Below are positions 19,919 through 28,705 of a stretch of DNA of 57,737 nt, one piece after another. The translations under genes and the position numbers were made by a program. Each line of letters begins with the position of its first letter. Position 1 is the stretch's first letter. The notes under the pieces are model-generated. The model was not told the origin of the DNA. It made no database searches and saw only the letters and a list, made by a program, of their open reading frames with translations. The DNA comes from an uncultured virus (IMG/VR IMGVR_UViG_3300032007_000041) (lineage: Duplodnaviria > Heunggongvirae > Uroviricota > Caudoviricetes): the IMG/VR virus record IMGVR_UViG_3300032007_000041; one strand, written 5' to 3'.

Positions 19919-20239
19919 AAAATCACATCCTATATAAATAGTATACAGAATATCATTAAAATGATAGCGGTTAATAAAATAAATATATTTATCTATCCAT
20001 GTATACTTGCAATATCTCTTGCAAGTATTTTTTTTATATTTTTTATTTTTCCCACCCCTAGAACGCTCTCTAAGCGTTCATTTTTGGTCATAGGTAAATT
20101 ATACCTAAAGTGGGTTAGACACCTGTCATCTGGCGTTCTACGGCGCGTACAGGGGCGTTATTAAAACAGTTTACGCTCGGAAATGACAAACAGGACACAA
20201 CGACTGCAAATAAAAAATAGACTACTTTCAAAAAAAAGG

Positions 20240-20268
20240 TTGACAATCTATTGTGTTTGGTATACAAT
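20240..20268 (+). promoter_or_regulatory. sigma70/sigmaA-type early promoter
   Basis: TTGACA-17 nt-TACAAT upstream of the plus-strand gene cluster. Confidence 0.75.
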
Positions 20269-20322
20269 GTGAACAGAAAGTCAAAGGAAAAATAATTATG
20301 AGTTGGAAAGGAGAAAATATTC

Positions 20323-20478
20323 ATGTGGTATTATGTTAAAATTGACGGCTTGACATTTTCCAGTAAAGATTATTTAATCATGGAACAATTTGTTGAAGAA
20401 TCCTGTGGTAACTACATTATACAAGAAACAACAGAAAATTTAAGCAACTATGAAATTGATGAGCAGTATTTTATATAA
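20323..20478 (+). CDS. small hypothetical protein
   Basis: MWYYVKIDGLTF...EQYFI* with AAGGAG RBS; below the ORF-track length cutoff. Confidence 0.55.
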   Translation: MWYYVKIDGLTFSSKDYLIMEQFVEESCGNYIIQETTENLSNYEIDEQYFI

Positions 20479-20603
20479 TAGAAAAAAGGAAAGATAAAAA
20501 TAACACTTGATGATATTCTTATTAGTATTATTGTGTCTGCTATTGTATCTACTACTGTAAGCATTACTATCAATGTATTGTATAGTATTTTAAGAAGGAG
20601 AAA

Positions 20604-20858
20604 TTGATATTGAACAGGTTAGAAAAAATTAAATGGTTAGTAAATAACCCAAATCCATGTTTTAAATGTAGTGATAGTGATTATTGTTGTGGTTGTCATC
20701 TCCATTATGAGTGGAAAGCGAGGTTTGACAAACTTAATATTGATAATATTACTAATGAAGAAGCATATAGTGTTAGTGCGGTAATTTCTCTTAAAAAAGA
20801 AATAGAAAAACATATGCTAAATATATCAGAAGAAGTTAAAAAAGAATTTAGGTTGTAA
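20604..20858 (+). CDS. Cys-rich hypothetical protein
   Basis: PCFKC....YCCGC; AAGGAG RBS. Confidence 0.6.
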   Translation: MILNRLEKIKWLVNNPNPCFKCSDSDYCCGCHLHYEWKARFDKLNIDNITNEEAYSVSAVISLKKEIEKHMLNISEEVKKEFRL

Positions 20859-20906
20859 TTACTTTAATAGATAGACATGTGAACAAAAACATAGGAGGAC
20901 TAAGAA

Positions 20907-21221
20907 ATGACTAAAAAGGAAATCATAGAGACTATTAAGAAGATGGACAACGCAAAAGTTATTAATCTTTGGAATAAATGTGTTGAAGAAAAAAGCTATC
21001 CATATAACACAGTTTATACTAATAATTGTGCTGTTTTCAATTCATTCTTTACTCCGTATGATGCAGTGATGTCTGTCCTATATGGTCATTACAACGAAAA
21101 TGATGACTATGTAATAATTGATGAGCATGAAAATGTTCAGTCTTTTACAGACTGGGACGATACGAAAAGCCCAGTTAACATTGATATTCTTGTAGATTGG
21201 TTGTTTGAGAAGGAGAATTAA
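20907..21221 (+). CDS. hypothetical protein
   Basis: 104 aa, AGGAGG RBS. Confidence 0.75.
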   Translation: MTKKEIIETIKKMDNAKVINLWNKCVEEKSYPYNTVYTNNCAVFNSFFTPYDAVMSVLYGHYNENDDYVIIDEHENVQSFTDWDDTKSPVNIDILVDWLFEKEN

Positions 21222-21224
21222 AGA

Positions 21225-21548
21225 ATGATAAAATTTGTAAACTTAACTCCCCAAAAAGTTAATATCTATGGTAAAGATAAAAAACTCATTTTGAGTGTTG
21301 AACCTGAAAATGTTTCAGCTAACTGCACTCAAAAGAAAGTAATTTGTGGATACATTGGGGAAGTTCCTGTGTATCGTGTGGTATTCGGACAGGTTTTCAG
21401 CGTACCTATGCCAAAAGAGAATACGATTTATATTGTGTCTCAGGATGTAGCAAATGCCGTGAAACGTCCTGATGTATATTGCCTAGGTGAAGAAATTAGA
21501 GATAAGCAGGGATATGTGATTGGCTATGAGGGACTTTCAACCTGCTAA
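21225..21548 (+). CDS. conserved-looking phage hypothetical protein
   Basis: NLTP..VNI, PKENTIYIVS, RPDVYC, RDKQGYVIG pattern; AAGGAG RBS. Confidence 0.7.
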   Translation: MIKFVNLTPQKVNIYGKDKKLILSVEPENVSANCTQKKVICGYIGEVPVYRVVFGQVFSVPMPKENTIYIVSQDVANAVKRPDVYCLGEEIRDKQGYVIGYEGLSTC

Positions 21549-21876
21549 AAAGGAGAAATAAAAGATGAGACTGATTGATATGTAAAGTCAATGAAAACTA
21601 TTTGTTATTTTTCTAACATAAGTATAGGGAAGGAGAGAATAAAATGATACATGATAAAGACGAGATATACGATGAGCCAATAGGTAGCTCAGAAGATTAT
21701 GATAATAATTGGAGTCCAATGATGATATCATGTAGACTTTCTGAAGAACAAGTAGAAGAGTGGCTTAAGATTAAAAAAGAAATTAAAGAAGAATGTGGGG
21801 AGGTATAAAAATAATGAGAACATATAGATGTAAGGTAAAAACTATTAAATATGCGGAAGTAGTTGTTTTTGCCAAA

Positions 21877-21926
21877 AATAAATTTAAGGAACCCACGAAT
21901 TTATTCGTGGGTTCCTTAAATTTATT
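21877..21926. repeat. perfect palindrome with 24-bp arms at a convergent junction
   Basis: AATAAATTTAAGGAACCCACGAAT-tt-ATTCGTGGGTTCCTTAAATTTATT. Confidence 0.9.
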
Positions 21927-21939
21927 ATCCTTTATTCAT

Positions 21940-22266
21940 TTAACTAGCATATTTATACGGACTACCTTTTACAATTACTCCACTATATGTATGTGGGCAT
22001 TTTTTACATCCAAATTGGCAAGTCCCTGTTACTTTATCTGTTACTCTTGCTATTTTTAAATCTTCTGCATAACTATATGGACTACCTGTGATAATCTGTC
22101 CTTTCCCTCCACAAGTACAACATACTACGGTATCTGTTATTCTTGCTATCTTTAAATCATCACTATAACTATGTGTACTTCCACTCGTAATAATTCCTAC
22201 TTGCGTTCCATGTGGACAAGTTATTTTTACTGTATCTCCCAATCTTGCTACAGGTTGATTACTCAT
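21940..22266 (-). CDS. PAAR-repeat spike-tip protein
   Basis: PVARLGD, KIARITD, KIARVTD repeats with G.I..GS and Cys/His metal ligands. Confidence 0.85.
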   Translation of the reverse strand: MSNQPVARLGDTVKITCPHGTQVGIITSGSTHSYSDDLKIARITDTVVCCTCGGKGQIITGSPYSYAEDLKIARVTDKVTGTCQFGCKKCPHTYSGVIVKGSPYKYAS

Positions 22267-22562
22267 AATTTTTCTACTGCTTCACTTACTAATTTAGCAT
22301 ATTCATTGCAAATATCATTTCCGATTTGTGTATCTTCTGTATCCATCATTTCAGAAATCTTATCTACTACATCATCCAATGTACCATCAATCGTTAAAAT
22401 TCCTTCAATTGTTCCTAAATCTGCCGTTTCATCTTCAGACATATCTTCTTTAATTTGTTTGCATAATGTATCAAATTCATCTTTATTTTCAGAAATATAT
22501 TCTTTTACATATTTCACTACATCTGCTTCATTTACTTCTGCAATTAATCTTTTCTTCATCAT
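22263..22562 (-). CDS. acidic hypothetical protein with N-terminal KKRLIA
   Basis: 99-aa ORF overlapping both neighbours. Confidence 0.7.
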   Translation of the reverse strand: MMKKRLIAEVNEADVVKYVKEYISENKDEFDTLCKQIKEDMSEDETADLGTIEGILTIDGTLDDVVDKISEMMDTEDTQIGNDICNEYAKLVSEAVEKL

Positions 22563-22648
22563 TTTCCATCTTCCTTAAAAATATATTTGTACATTTTATA
22601 TAGGATAATTCCTAATATACATCCAAAAATAAATCCTATTATATTCAT
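22559..22648 (-). CDS. 29-aa single-TM peptide
   Basis: MNIIGFIFGCILGIILYKMYKYIFKEDGK* with AGGAG RBS and ATGA overlap with the next gene. Confidence 0.5.
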   Translation of the reverse strand: MNIIGFIFGCILGIILYKMYKYIFKEDGK

Positions 22649-22679
22649 TATTTTTGACTCCTATCTAAAAAATACTATA

Positions 22680-23276
22680 TCAAATAAAATTAATTACTAT
22701 TTTACTTTTATTTTTTTCTGCCTTTTCTATTGCCCCTATCAATACATCTATTACGGTATTAATTTTTATATTTTCCATATGATACGATTTTATATCTTCT
22801 TGTATCACACACGTTATACTATTTGTTTCTCTTTTTGCTTTTTCTTCTTTTTTGTTTTTCCGTTTATCTATATAAAATACTTTACTGCTTTTATCTTCAA
22901 ATAATTTTTCTGCACCACTTAATTGTACTAAGTAACATATGCTATCATTTAATTTTTTCTTTATATCTATTAGATTGTTTTTTAATCCATTGATTTCTTC
23001 ATATGGTATTTCATTTCCATTATCGCATAAATACATAAAACTAGGATATAATCTACCAATATCTGTAATATTTCTTTTTTCTTTTCTTTCTAAATTATAC
23101 CATACTATATCTTGTAATAAATTAAAATATTGTTCTTCTATATCTATCTTTACTTCAAAATGTTCCGCTATATCTCTTTGTATATTATTCATTACTTCTA
23201 AGATTTCTTCTTCTTGTATTCCTTCTCCTATTAATAAATTATATACTTTAGTACTGATAGGCATCAAATTTTTCAT
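22680..23276 (-). CDS. hypothetical protein
   Basis: 198-aa ORF. Confidence 0.65.
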   Translation of the reverse strand: MKNLMPISTKVYNLLIGEGIQEEEILEVMNNIQRDIAEHFEVKIDIEEQYFNLLQDIVWYNLERKEKRNITDIGRLYPSFMYLCDNGNEIPYEEINGLKNNLIDIKKKLNDSICYLVQLSGAEKLFEDKSSKVFYIDKRKNKKEEKAKRETNSITCVIQEDIKSYHMENIKINTVIDVLIGAIEKAEKNKSKIVINFI

Positions 23277-23643
23277 TCGTACTCATTTCCTCTATACTTG
23301 GCATTTTTATTCCATTTAATAACATTGTCCTAAACCCATATATCAAACAAGGCTTACATATATAATGTTCATTATCTATGGTAAATAATGGTTTATTTTC
23401 TGTTCCTGTATGTCCACAAAATATACACCTATTTATATTTAAATCTACTTCCATTGGTATTCCATTTAATTCAATTTCTCTATTCTTCGTTTTTATAGTA
23501 GTTGTATTACCTTTTATTTCTATATCTTCTGCCCCTGATTCCAATTCTTTATCCAATTCATTTATCTCTTTTTCTTCATTCTTTTTGTTTTCTTCTTCTG
23601 CTTTTATTTTTTTCTTTTGTATATCTAAAATATTTAATCCCAT
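23248..23643 (-). CDS. protein with ClpX-type C4 zinc finger
   Basis: RCIFCG...LF....YICKPC. Confidence 0.6.
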   Translation of the reverse strand: MGLNILDIQKKKIKAEEENKKNEEKEINELDKELESGAEDIEIKGNTTTIKTKNREIELNGIPMEVDLNINRCIFCGHTGTENKPLFTIDNEHYICKPCLIYGFRTMLLNGIKMPSIEEMSTNEKFDAYQY

Positions 23644-23787
23644 ATATTTACCTTCCTTCTTTTTATTCTCATTACTTGTATTATATTAAAATTGTCTATT
23701 CTTTTTAAAAACGATATTGTTATATAATGATGTATATAATTAAATATAAATAGATACTTTCATATAAATGACTAATCCAATATCATG

Positions 23788-24217
23788 AAATTAGATTTAT
23801 TAGTATAACAGTTTTAACCATTTTTTTACCACATAAACTAATCTATTTTATGGGTTATTAATTTAAATTAGATTTATTAGTATAATTAAACAAGAAAAAG
23901 GTATCAATTAAATATATCCACTATCTTATCCATCTATATTATTTTTTATATAGAGATAAGATAGTGGATAAAATATTAATAAAAAGATAATGTTGTATAA
24001 GTAAACAGATAAAATAGATAAAACAGATAAAATATGAATAAATAGATAAATAGAACAGATAGAATAGTATAATTAAATTGATAAGTAAAAAGGTATCAAC
24101 TAAATATACGCATCTTTTTATCCTTTATTTTATCTCTATATAAAATTCTATAAAAAGATAAATGGATAAGATATGGATAAAAAGATAATGTTGTATAAAT
24201 AAATTGATACCATTTTT
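23788..24217. repeat. non-coding direct and inverted repeat region (candidate replication origin)
   Basis: 21-bp direct repeat at 23788/23865; 16-bp inverted repeat at 23915/23955; duplicated AAAAGGTATCAA.TAAATATA and AAAAGATAATGTTGTATAA; several TTATCCA heptamers. Confidence 0.65.
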
Positions 24218-24219
24218 AT

Positions 24220-25383
24220 TTATTTTTTCTCTGTATATTTTAAGTGAACTAAATCATAATAATTGTATAATTTTCTCGAATGGTTATAATTAAGCCATTG
24301 ATTTCTCATATCCTGCATATCAGAATAATAAGGATTTTCTACATCATTAGCATTAATAACAAATCCTGTACTTTCATCACACGTACAATAACTTTGTGTA
24401 TCTATTAATGTCTGATATGAATCACTTTTTTCTTTCATATTTTCTACATCTTTACCAAATATGAAACATCCACGAACAGCTTCTTCATCTGTATATGAAA
24501 CCCCATTATGATTATCGTAGAATTGAATTTTATATTTTTTCCTTGGTTCAAATTTTACTAACATAGCATCTGCTTTATGTTTATTATCTCCTTTATACGA
24601 TGTATCATTTAAACCATCATTAAAAGTAGTTAATGTAATACTATTAGTAAAATCATCAGAATCATTATCATTCCATGATATACGTAAATCCAAACCAATC
24701 ATAAACATTTTTGTAATACCACACGTATATTGTGGTGTTTTTAAAATAATTCCATCATCTATTAATCTAACTCTACCACCAAAAATTGCTTTAAATGCTT
24801 TATATAAATAACTGTAATCTGTAGCATTAATAAAATAATTATCTTGTACAAAATATTCTTTTATTAAGTTATAAATAACATTTGTACAAATTTGCCAAAC
24901 TGTACCATCATTTTCTGTGTATCTCATTCCACTATCATACTCTGAACCAACAGGAGCTAATGGTAAATAACCAAATTCTCCATTATCATCTAATTGTACT
25001 TTTACATATTTATTTGGATAAGGAAAATAAACTGTATTATGAAAAATAACACATTCTATTGGTTTTCCTGTTTTAGAATGTACATAAAATGAATGGTCAT
25101 ATACAGGAACATTAGAATGAACCTCTCTATATGTATCATTATGTATTATTTCCTGACGATTAATTTTTCTAGTAGTATCAAAGCAGATATTATTCATATT
25201 ATGAACGTGTCGTACTGTATCATTTTTAAATACGTCTGTACGATATATTTCCCTACACGTATCATTTCTATCTGTTCTACTATTTCCTATATTGCGAAAC
25301 GTATCTAACTTTTGTGTTACTCGTTTACCTTCTACAATACCTTTAACAATAAAGATTTTTGGAGTGGAAATTTTTTGTATCAT
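24220..25383 (-). CDS. tail-associated protein with DTxR repeats (paralog of 28706-30070)
   Basis: DTFR/DTCR/DTVR/DTTR/DTYR; shares Y.PL...S..DSGMR, MF.IGL..RI, A.AML.KF and YNYYDL with 28706. Confidence 0.7.
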   Translation of the reverse strand: MIQKISTPKIFIVKGIVEGKRVTQKLDTFRNIGNSRTDRNDTCREIYRTDVFKNDTVRHVHNMNNICFDTTRKINRQEIIHNDTYREVHSNVPVYDHSFYVHSKTGKPIECVIFHNTVYFPYPNKYVKVQLDDNGEFGYLPLAPVGSEYDSGMRYTENDGTVWQICTNVIYNLIKEYFVQDNYFINATDYSYLYKAFKAIFGGRVRLIDDGIILKTPQYTCGITKMFMIGLDLRISWNDNDSDDFTNSITLTTFNDGLNDTSYKGDNKHKADAMLVKFEPRKKYKIQFYDNHNGVSYTDEEAVRGCFIFGKDVENMKEKSDSYQTLIDTQSYCTCDESTGFVINANDVENPYYSDMQDMRNQWLNYNHSRKLYNYYDLVHLKYTEKK

Positions 25384-26342
25384 TCAGAACACCCACTTTC
25401 CATTTTATAATCTCTTTGTAAAGTATTATAATCCCAAAAAATACCTTCTATTGGTTCTATTTCCATTACTTCTGATTGTATTCCTGCTTTTGGTTCATTA
25501 TAAGGTACAGTTTTTATAGAATCGGTAAAATTATTCACATTAAATTTCATAAAATTACCTAAGTTCGTATCACAACTTGCTTTTAATGCAGAAATGGATA
25601 ATCCATATACAGAATATTTATCCACCTTTATATCTTCTATTTGTTTTAAATCTTTTAAATTTTGTTGGATAAATTTGCCTTCCTTATTTGTTTTAAAACC
25701 ATCACCATCTGCTTGCCAATTTGAAGTGATATTAGTATCTAATATTTCACAAGTAAGATTTCCCAATTTAGAATCGCCTATAATAAAATTAGATAATGCA
25801 GTTCCAAATTGAGTATAATAATTCACATCATCTGTTAATATAGGAATAATATTTTTGATTTGTACTCTATATGGTTGCTCATTATCAAAGAATTTAATTA
25901 ATCTATCTTTAAACGTATATAATAGTTCATTTTCTTCCCATAAATCTATCTGTTCTACTGTTCCATTACTGTGTAAATGTAATTCATAAGAATGAATTTT
26001 ATCAAATTCCATATAACCTTCATATAATTGACTATTATCACAAGTAAGAACAATATTATTGTGAGAACCAATATTAAAAGTTAAATCATGGTGTTCACTA
26101 GTAATTCTAAGTAAACCTTTCTTATCGTTTGTATTCTCATTAGACAAATTGGTATATACATCGAAACGTACATACCAATCAAACATTTTTTTATTGCTAT
26201 ATACATTATACCAATATACATTACTAAATGGAATAATGTATTGTTTACAATGTGTATATTTTTTGTCCTGACCTTCTTGATAAGAAAAATTACTTTCTTG
26301 AAATAAAGACCCAAAACCAGGGTTTATATATACAATACTCAT
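25380..26342 (-). CDS. tail-associated YxNPG-family protein
   Basis: N-terminal VYINPGF; lectin-like beta-rich body; SN.II motif. Confidence 0.65.
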   Translation of the reverse strand: MSIVYINPGFGSLFQESNFSYQEGQDKKYTHCKQYIIPFSNVYWYNVYSNKKMFDWYVRFDVYTNLSNENTNDKKGLLRITSEHHDLTFNIGSHNNIVLTCDNSQLYEGYMEFDKIHSYELHLHSNGTVEQIDLWEENELLYTFKDRLIKFFDNEQPYRVQIKNIIPILTDDVNYYTQFGTALSNFIIGDSKLGNLTCEILDTNITSNWQADGDGFKTNKEGKFIQQNLKDLKQIEDIKVDKYSVYGLSISALKASCDTNLGNFMKFNVNNFTDSIKTVPYNEPKAGIQSEVMEIEPIEGIFWDYNTLQRDYKMESGCSE

Positions 26343-26356
26343 AATTTTCCTCCCCC

Positions 26357-26785
26357 TTAAACCGTTACAATATATGTATCTAAACGAATTGATACAGATA
26401 TATCTTTACGTGGCTTTTCATCAGAAGAAGAAGAAATTTTTAACCAAAAAATTGTATTCGTTGATGTAATTGTATCTGTTATAACTAAACTATTTTTGAA
26501 TAACCCTTTTGTTTTAGCTTCTGTTTCATTCTTAAAATCTTCATCTTTTGCAATTTGCCATTTTTCTCTCGTCAACCCAATAAATGAAATGGCTGTTTTA
26601 TTTGATTTGTACCCTGGTTGTGTTCTAATTGCACATTTCAAATACTTTACTTCACTTTTTGTAGCATCTAATGATACTGAAACTGGGTCAGTCTGTAAAT
26701 CATTTTGTGATACTAATGTACCGTCCGTCTTTCCTTTTGTTACAGTACCTTTATATATGTTTATATATTCATTAGGCGTTGCCAA
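26357..26785 (-). CDS. tail-associated structural protein
   Basis: YINIYKG..T.GKTDGTLVS...SLDATKSE...AIR..PGY...NTIFWLKISSSSDEKP; pattern recalled from phage tail modules. Confidence 0.6.
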   Translation of the reverse strand: MATPNEYINIYKGTVTKGKTDGTLVSQNDLQTDPVSVSLDATKSEVKYLKCAIRTQPGYKSNKTAISFIGLTREKWQIAKDEDFKNETEAKTKGLFKNSLVITDTITSTNTIFWLKISSSSDEKPRKDISVSIRLDTYIVTV

Positions 26786-26804
26786 TTATATCACACCTTT
26801 TATA

Positions 26805-28667
26805 TTAATTATTAATTACGGCAGTTGATGTTCCATTGAACATAAAAGTATTACCTTCCATATATCCCAATTCTTTAATTATTTCACCTGTAGTAGATGG
26901 CATTGTATATGTAGTCTTACCGTTTTTACCCAAATATACAACATAACCGTTATGAGTAGAATCTGTTGTTGGTAATGCATAAGATTGTGATACTAATGTA
27001 GTTCTTGTAGCATCGCTATCAGATAATGCAATAACAATTTTTGTGGCAGTTAATGTATTACCATTATCTGCCAATTTATACCCACCTGAAGAATAATATA
27101 ATATGTCTCCTTTTTTACAACTACTACCTATAGCCATTCTAGCTTTATGAGCACCTATAGCATTAACCGCTTTTAACTGTTTTATATCTAGTTGCATTTG
27201 TGCTATCTCTGCTAATGTTTGTGGATTGAATGTAGAACCATCTACGGCATCTACAGATGTATCTATCCATACCCTACCACCTGGGATATGCATCATATCC
27301 GTAGCATGGATTACAGGCGCACACAGGTCGTTTTTTTGTATATAAGCATAACTATTATATTCTAATTTACCATTTTTACCTTGATTTATCGTTAAATAAC
27401 GTTTATCTGTATCGTTTTTATAAATTTTTACAGTATAAGCGTCACCACCTGATTTATCTGAACCAGCATAATTATGGGTATGATTATATAAAGCATTACT
27501 TGTAACTAATTTATTACTACCATTAACACCTTGTATATTCGTTTCTACGTCTCTTGAACAAGCCTCTCTTAACGTATATCCTTCATATGTCTTATTTGTT
27601 AATGCTTGACTATCAGATGTAGTAATAACAGGCTTATCATTAGAATATAATTTACCATCTATCATATACGCTTTGCTATTTGAATACGTATATTCTTTTT
27701 GGTTTTGATGTTCACCACCAACTAAATATAATTTACCATTTTTTTGCGTAGCATTCGTTGTACCACTAACTGCTTCATCAGGTAAAGTTAAGGTTCTGTT
27801 TTCTATACCTGTAATTAATCCTTTATTATTAATAATAATCCTAGGAACTAGAAAACTTTCATTCATTTTTAATTTACGAGCTTTATTATCACCATAAGTA
27901 CCTGCAAACGAACCAATTGTATTTAACGATAAATGCACAGAATAATTATTATCTGTACCATCAAACATATACGAACCAATAACATCACCATAGTAAGAAA
28001 TTTGTGATTTCTTACTTAATTTCGTAGCTTTTGTTGCAGTACCATCTAAATCACCATGAAATTTCGTTGCAGTAATATCATCACCCTGTACAAATACATT
28101 TGATGTATGATACATTTTATTTGGATTACCTGATGTTACACCTGATAGTAAAATCTTATTCGCATTATCGACTAACACTTTAATAGTATTAGCGTCTCCG
28201 CCAATGGTATCTGAACCTGCATACTTATGTGTATGATGTGTCATATCATACATTAACTTATTTACATCTTTACGTAAATCATTAATTAATGATTGATTTT
28301 TGCTATCTTGTAAACTAACATGATTTTTTAAAGCATCTAAATCAGAACGTATATTAGAAGCAATATTTCTTATATCTAAAAATTCTTTTGTATTTTTATC
28401 ATCTTGTGATTTTACCGCATTTTGAAAATCTGTTAAATCTTTTCTTAATTTATCACAAGTAGTTTTTAAGAATTTTGTTCGATTTGCTAATTGCTGGTGG
28501 GGAATATTATCATATCCGTCAACTCCACCATGTATATAATCTTGTTCGTCTATTAGATATATTGTATTTTCCCACGTATCTTTTTCTTGTACAACAGAAT
28601 TTTCAGTCAATACATCTTTTTGTTGTGGAACACCATCTTTATATGTAACTTTTGACAAATCTTTCAC
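26805..28667 (-). CDS. tail fibre protein (module 2)
   Basis: GG.DG..N...QQLANRTKFLK N-terminus, HTHxYAGS repeats, FHGDLDGTATKATKL. Confidence 0.75.
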   Translation of the reverse strand: MKDLSKVTYKDGVPQQKDVLTENSVVQEKDTWENTIYLIDEQDYIHGGVDGYDNIPHQQLANRTKFLKTTCDKLRKDLTDFQNAVKSQDDKNTKEFLDIRNIASNIRSDLDALKNHVSLQDSKNQSLINDLRKDVNKLMYDMTHHTHKYAGSDTIGGDANTIKVLVDNANKILLSGVTSGNPNKMYHTSNVFVQGDDITATKFHGDLDGTATKATKLSKKSQISYYGDVIGSYMFDGTDNNYSVHLSLNTIGSFAGTYGDNKARKLKMNESFLVPRIIINNKGLITGIENRTLTLPDEAVSGTTNATQKNGKLYLVGGEHQNQKEYTYSNSKAYMIDGKLYSNDKPVITTSDSQALTNKTYEGYTLREACSRDVETNIQGVNGSNKLVTSNALYNHTHNYAGSDKSGGDAYTVKIYKNDTDKRYLTINQGKNGKLEYNSYAYIQKNDLCAPVIHATDMMHIPGGRVWIDTSVDAVDGSTFNPQTLAEIAQMQLDIKQLKAVNAIGAHKARMAIGSSCKKGDILYYSSGGYKLADNGNTLTATKIVIALSDSDATRTTLVSQSYALPTTDSTHNGYVVYLGKNGKTTYTMPSTTGEIIKELGYMEGNTFMFNGTSTAVINN

Positions 28668-28705
28668 CCACCTTTATTTTCTCTATAAATAAAATAAATC
28701 AGACA

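Noticed and set aside
20050..20210. tRNA in the GC-rich patch (also checked at 55230-55355)
   Set aside because: No cloverleaf, T-loop GTTC(G/A)A or CCA end found.
19961..20324. ORFs 19961-20164 (+) and 20115-20324 (-)
   Set aside because: They overlap a promoter and a dyad element and have no RBS; more likely non-coding.
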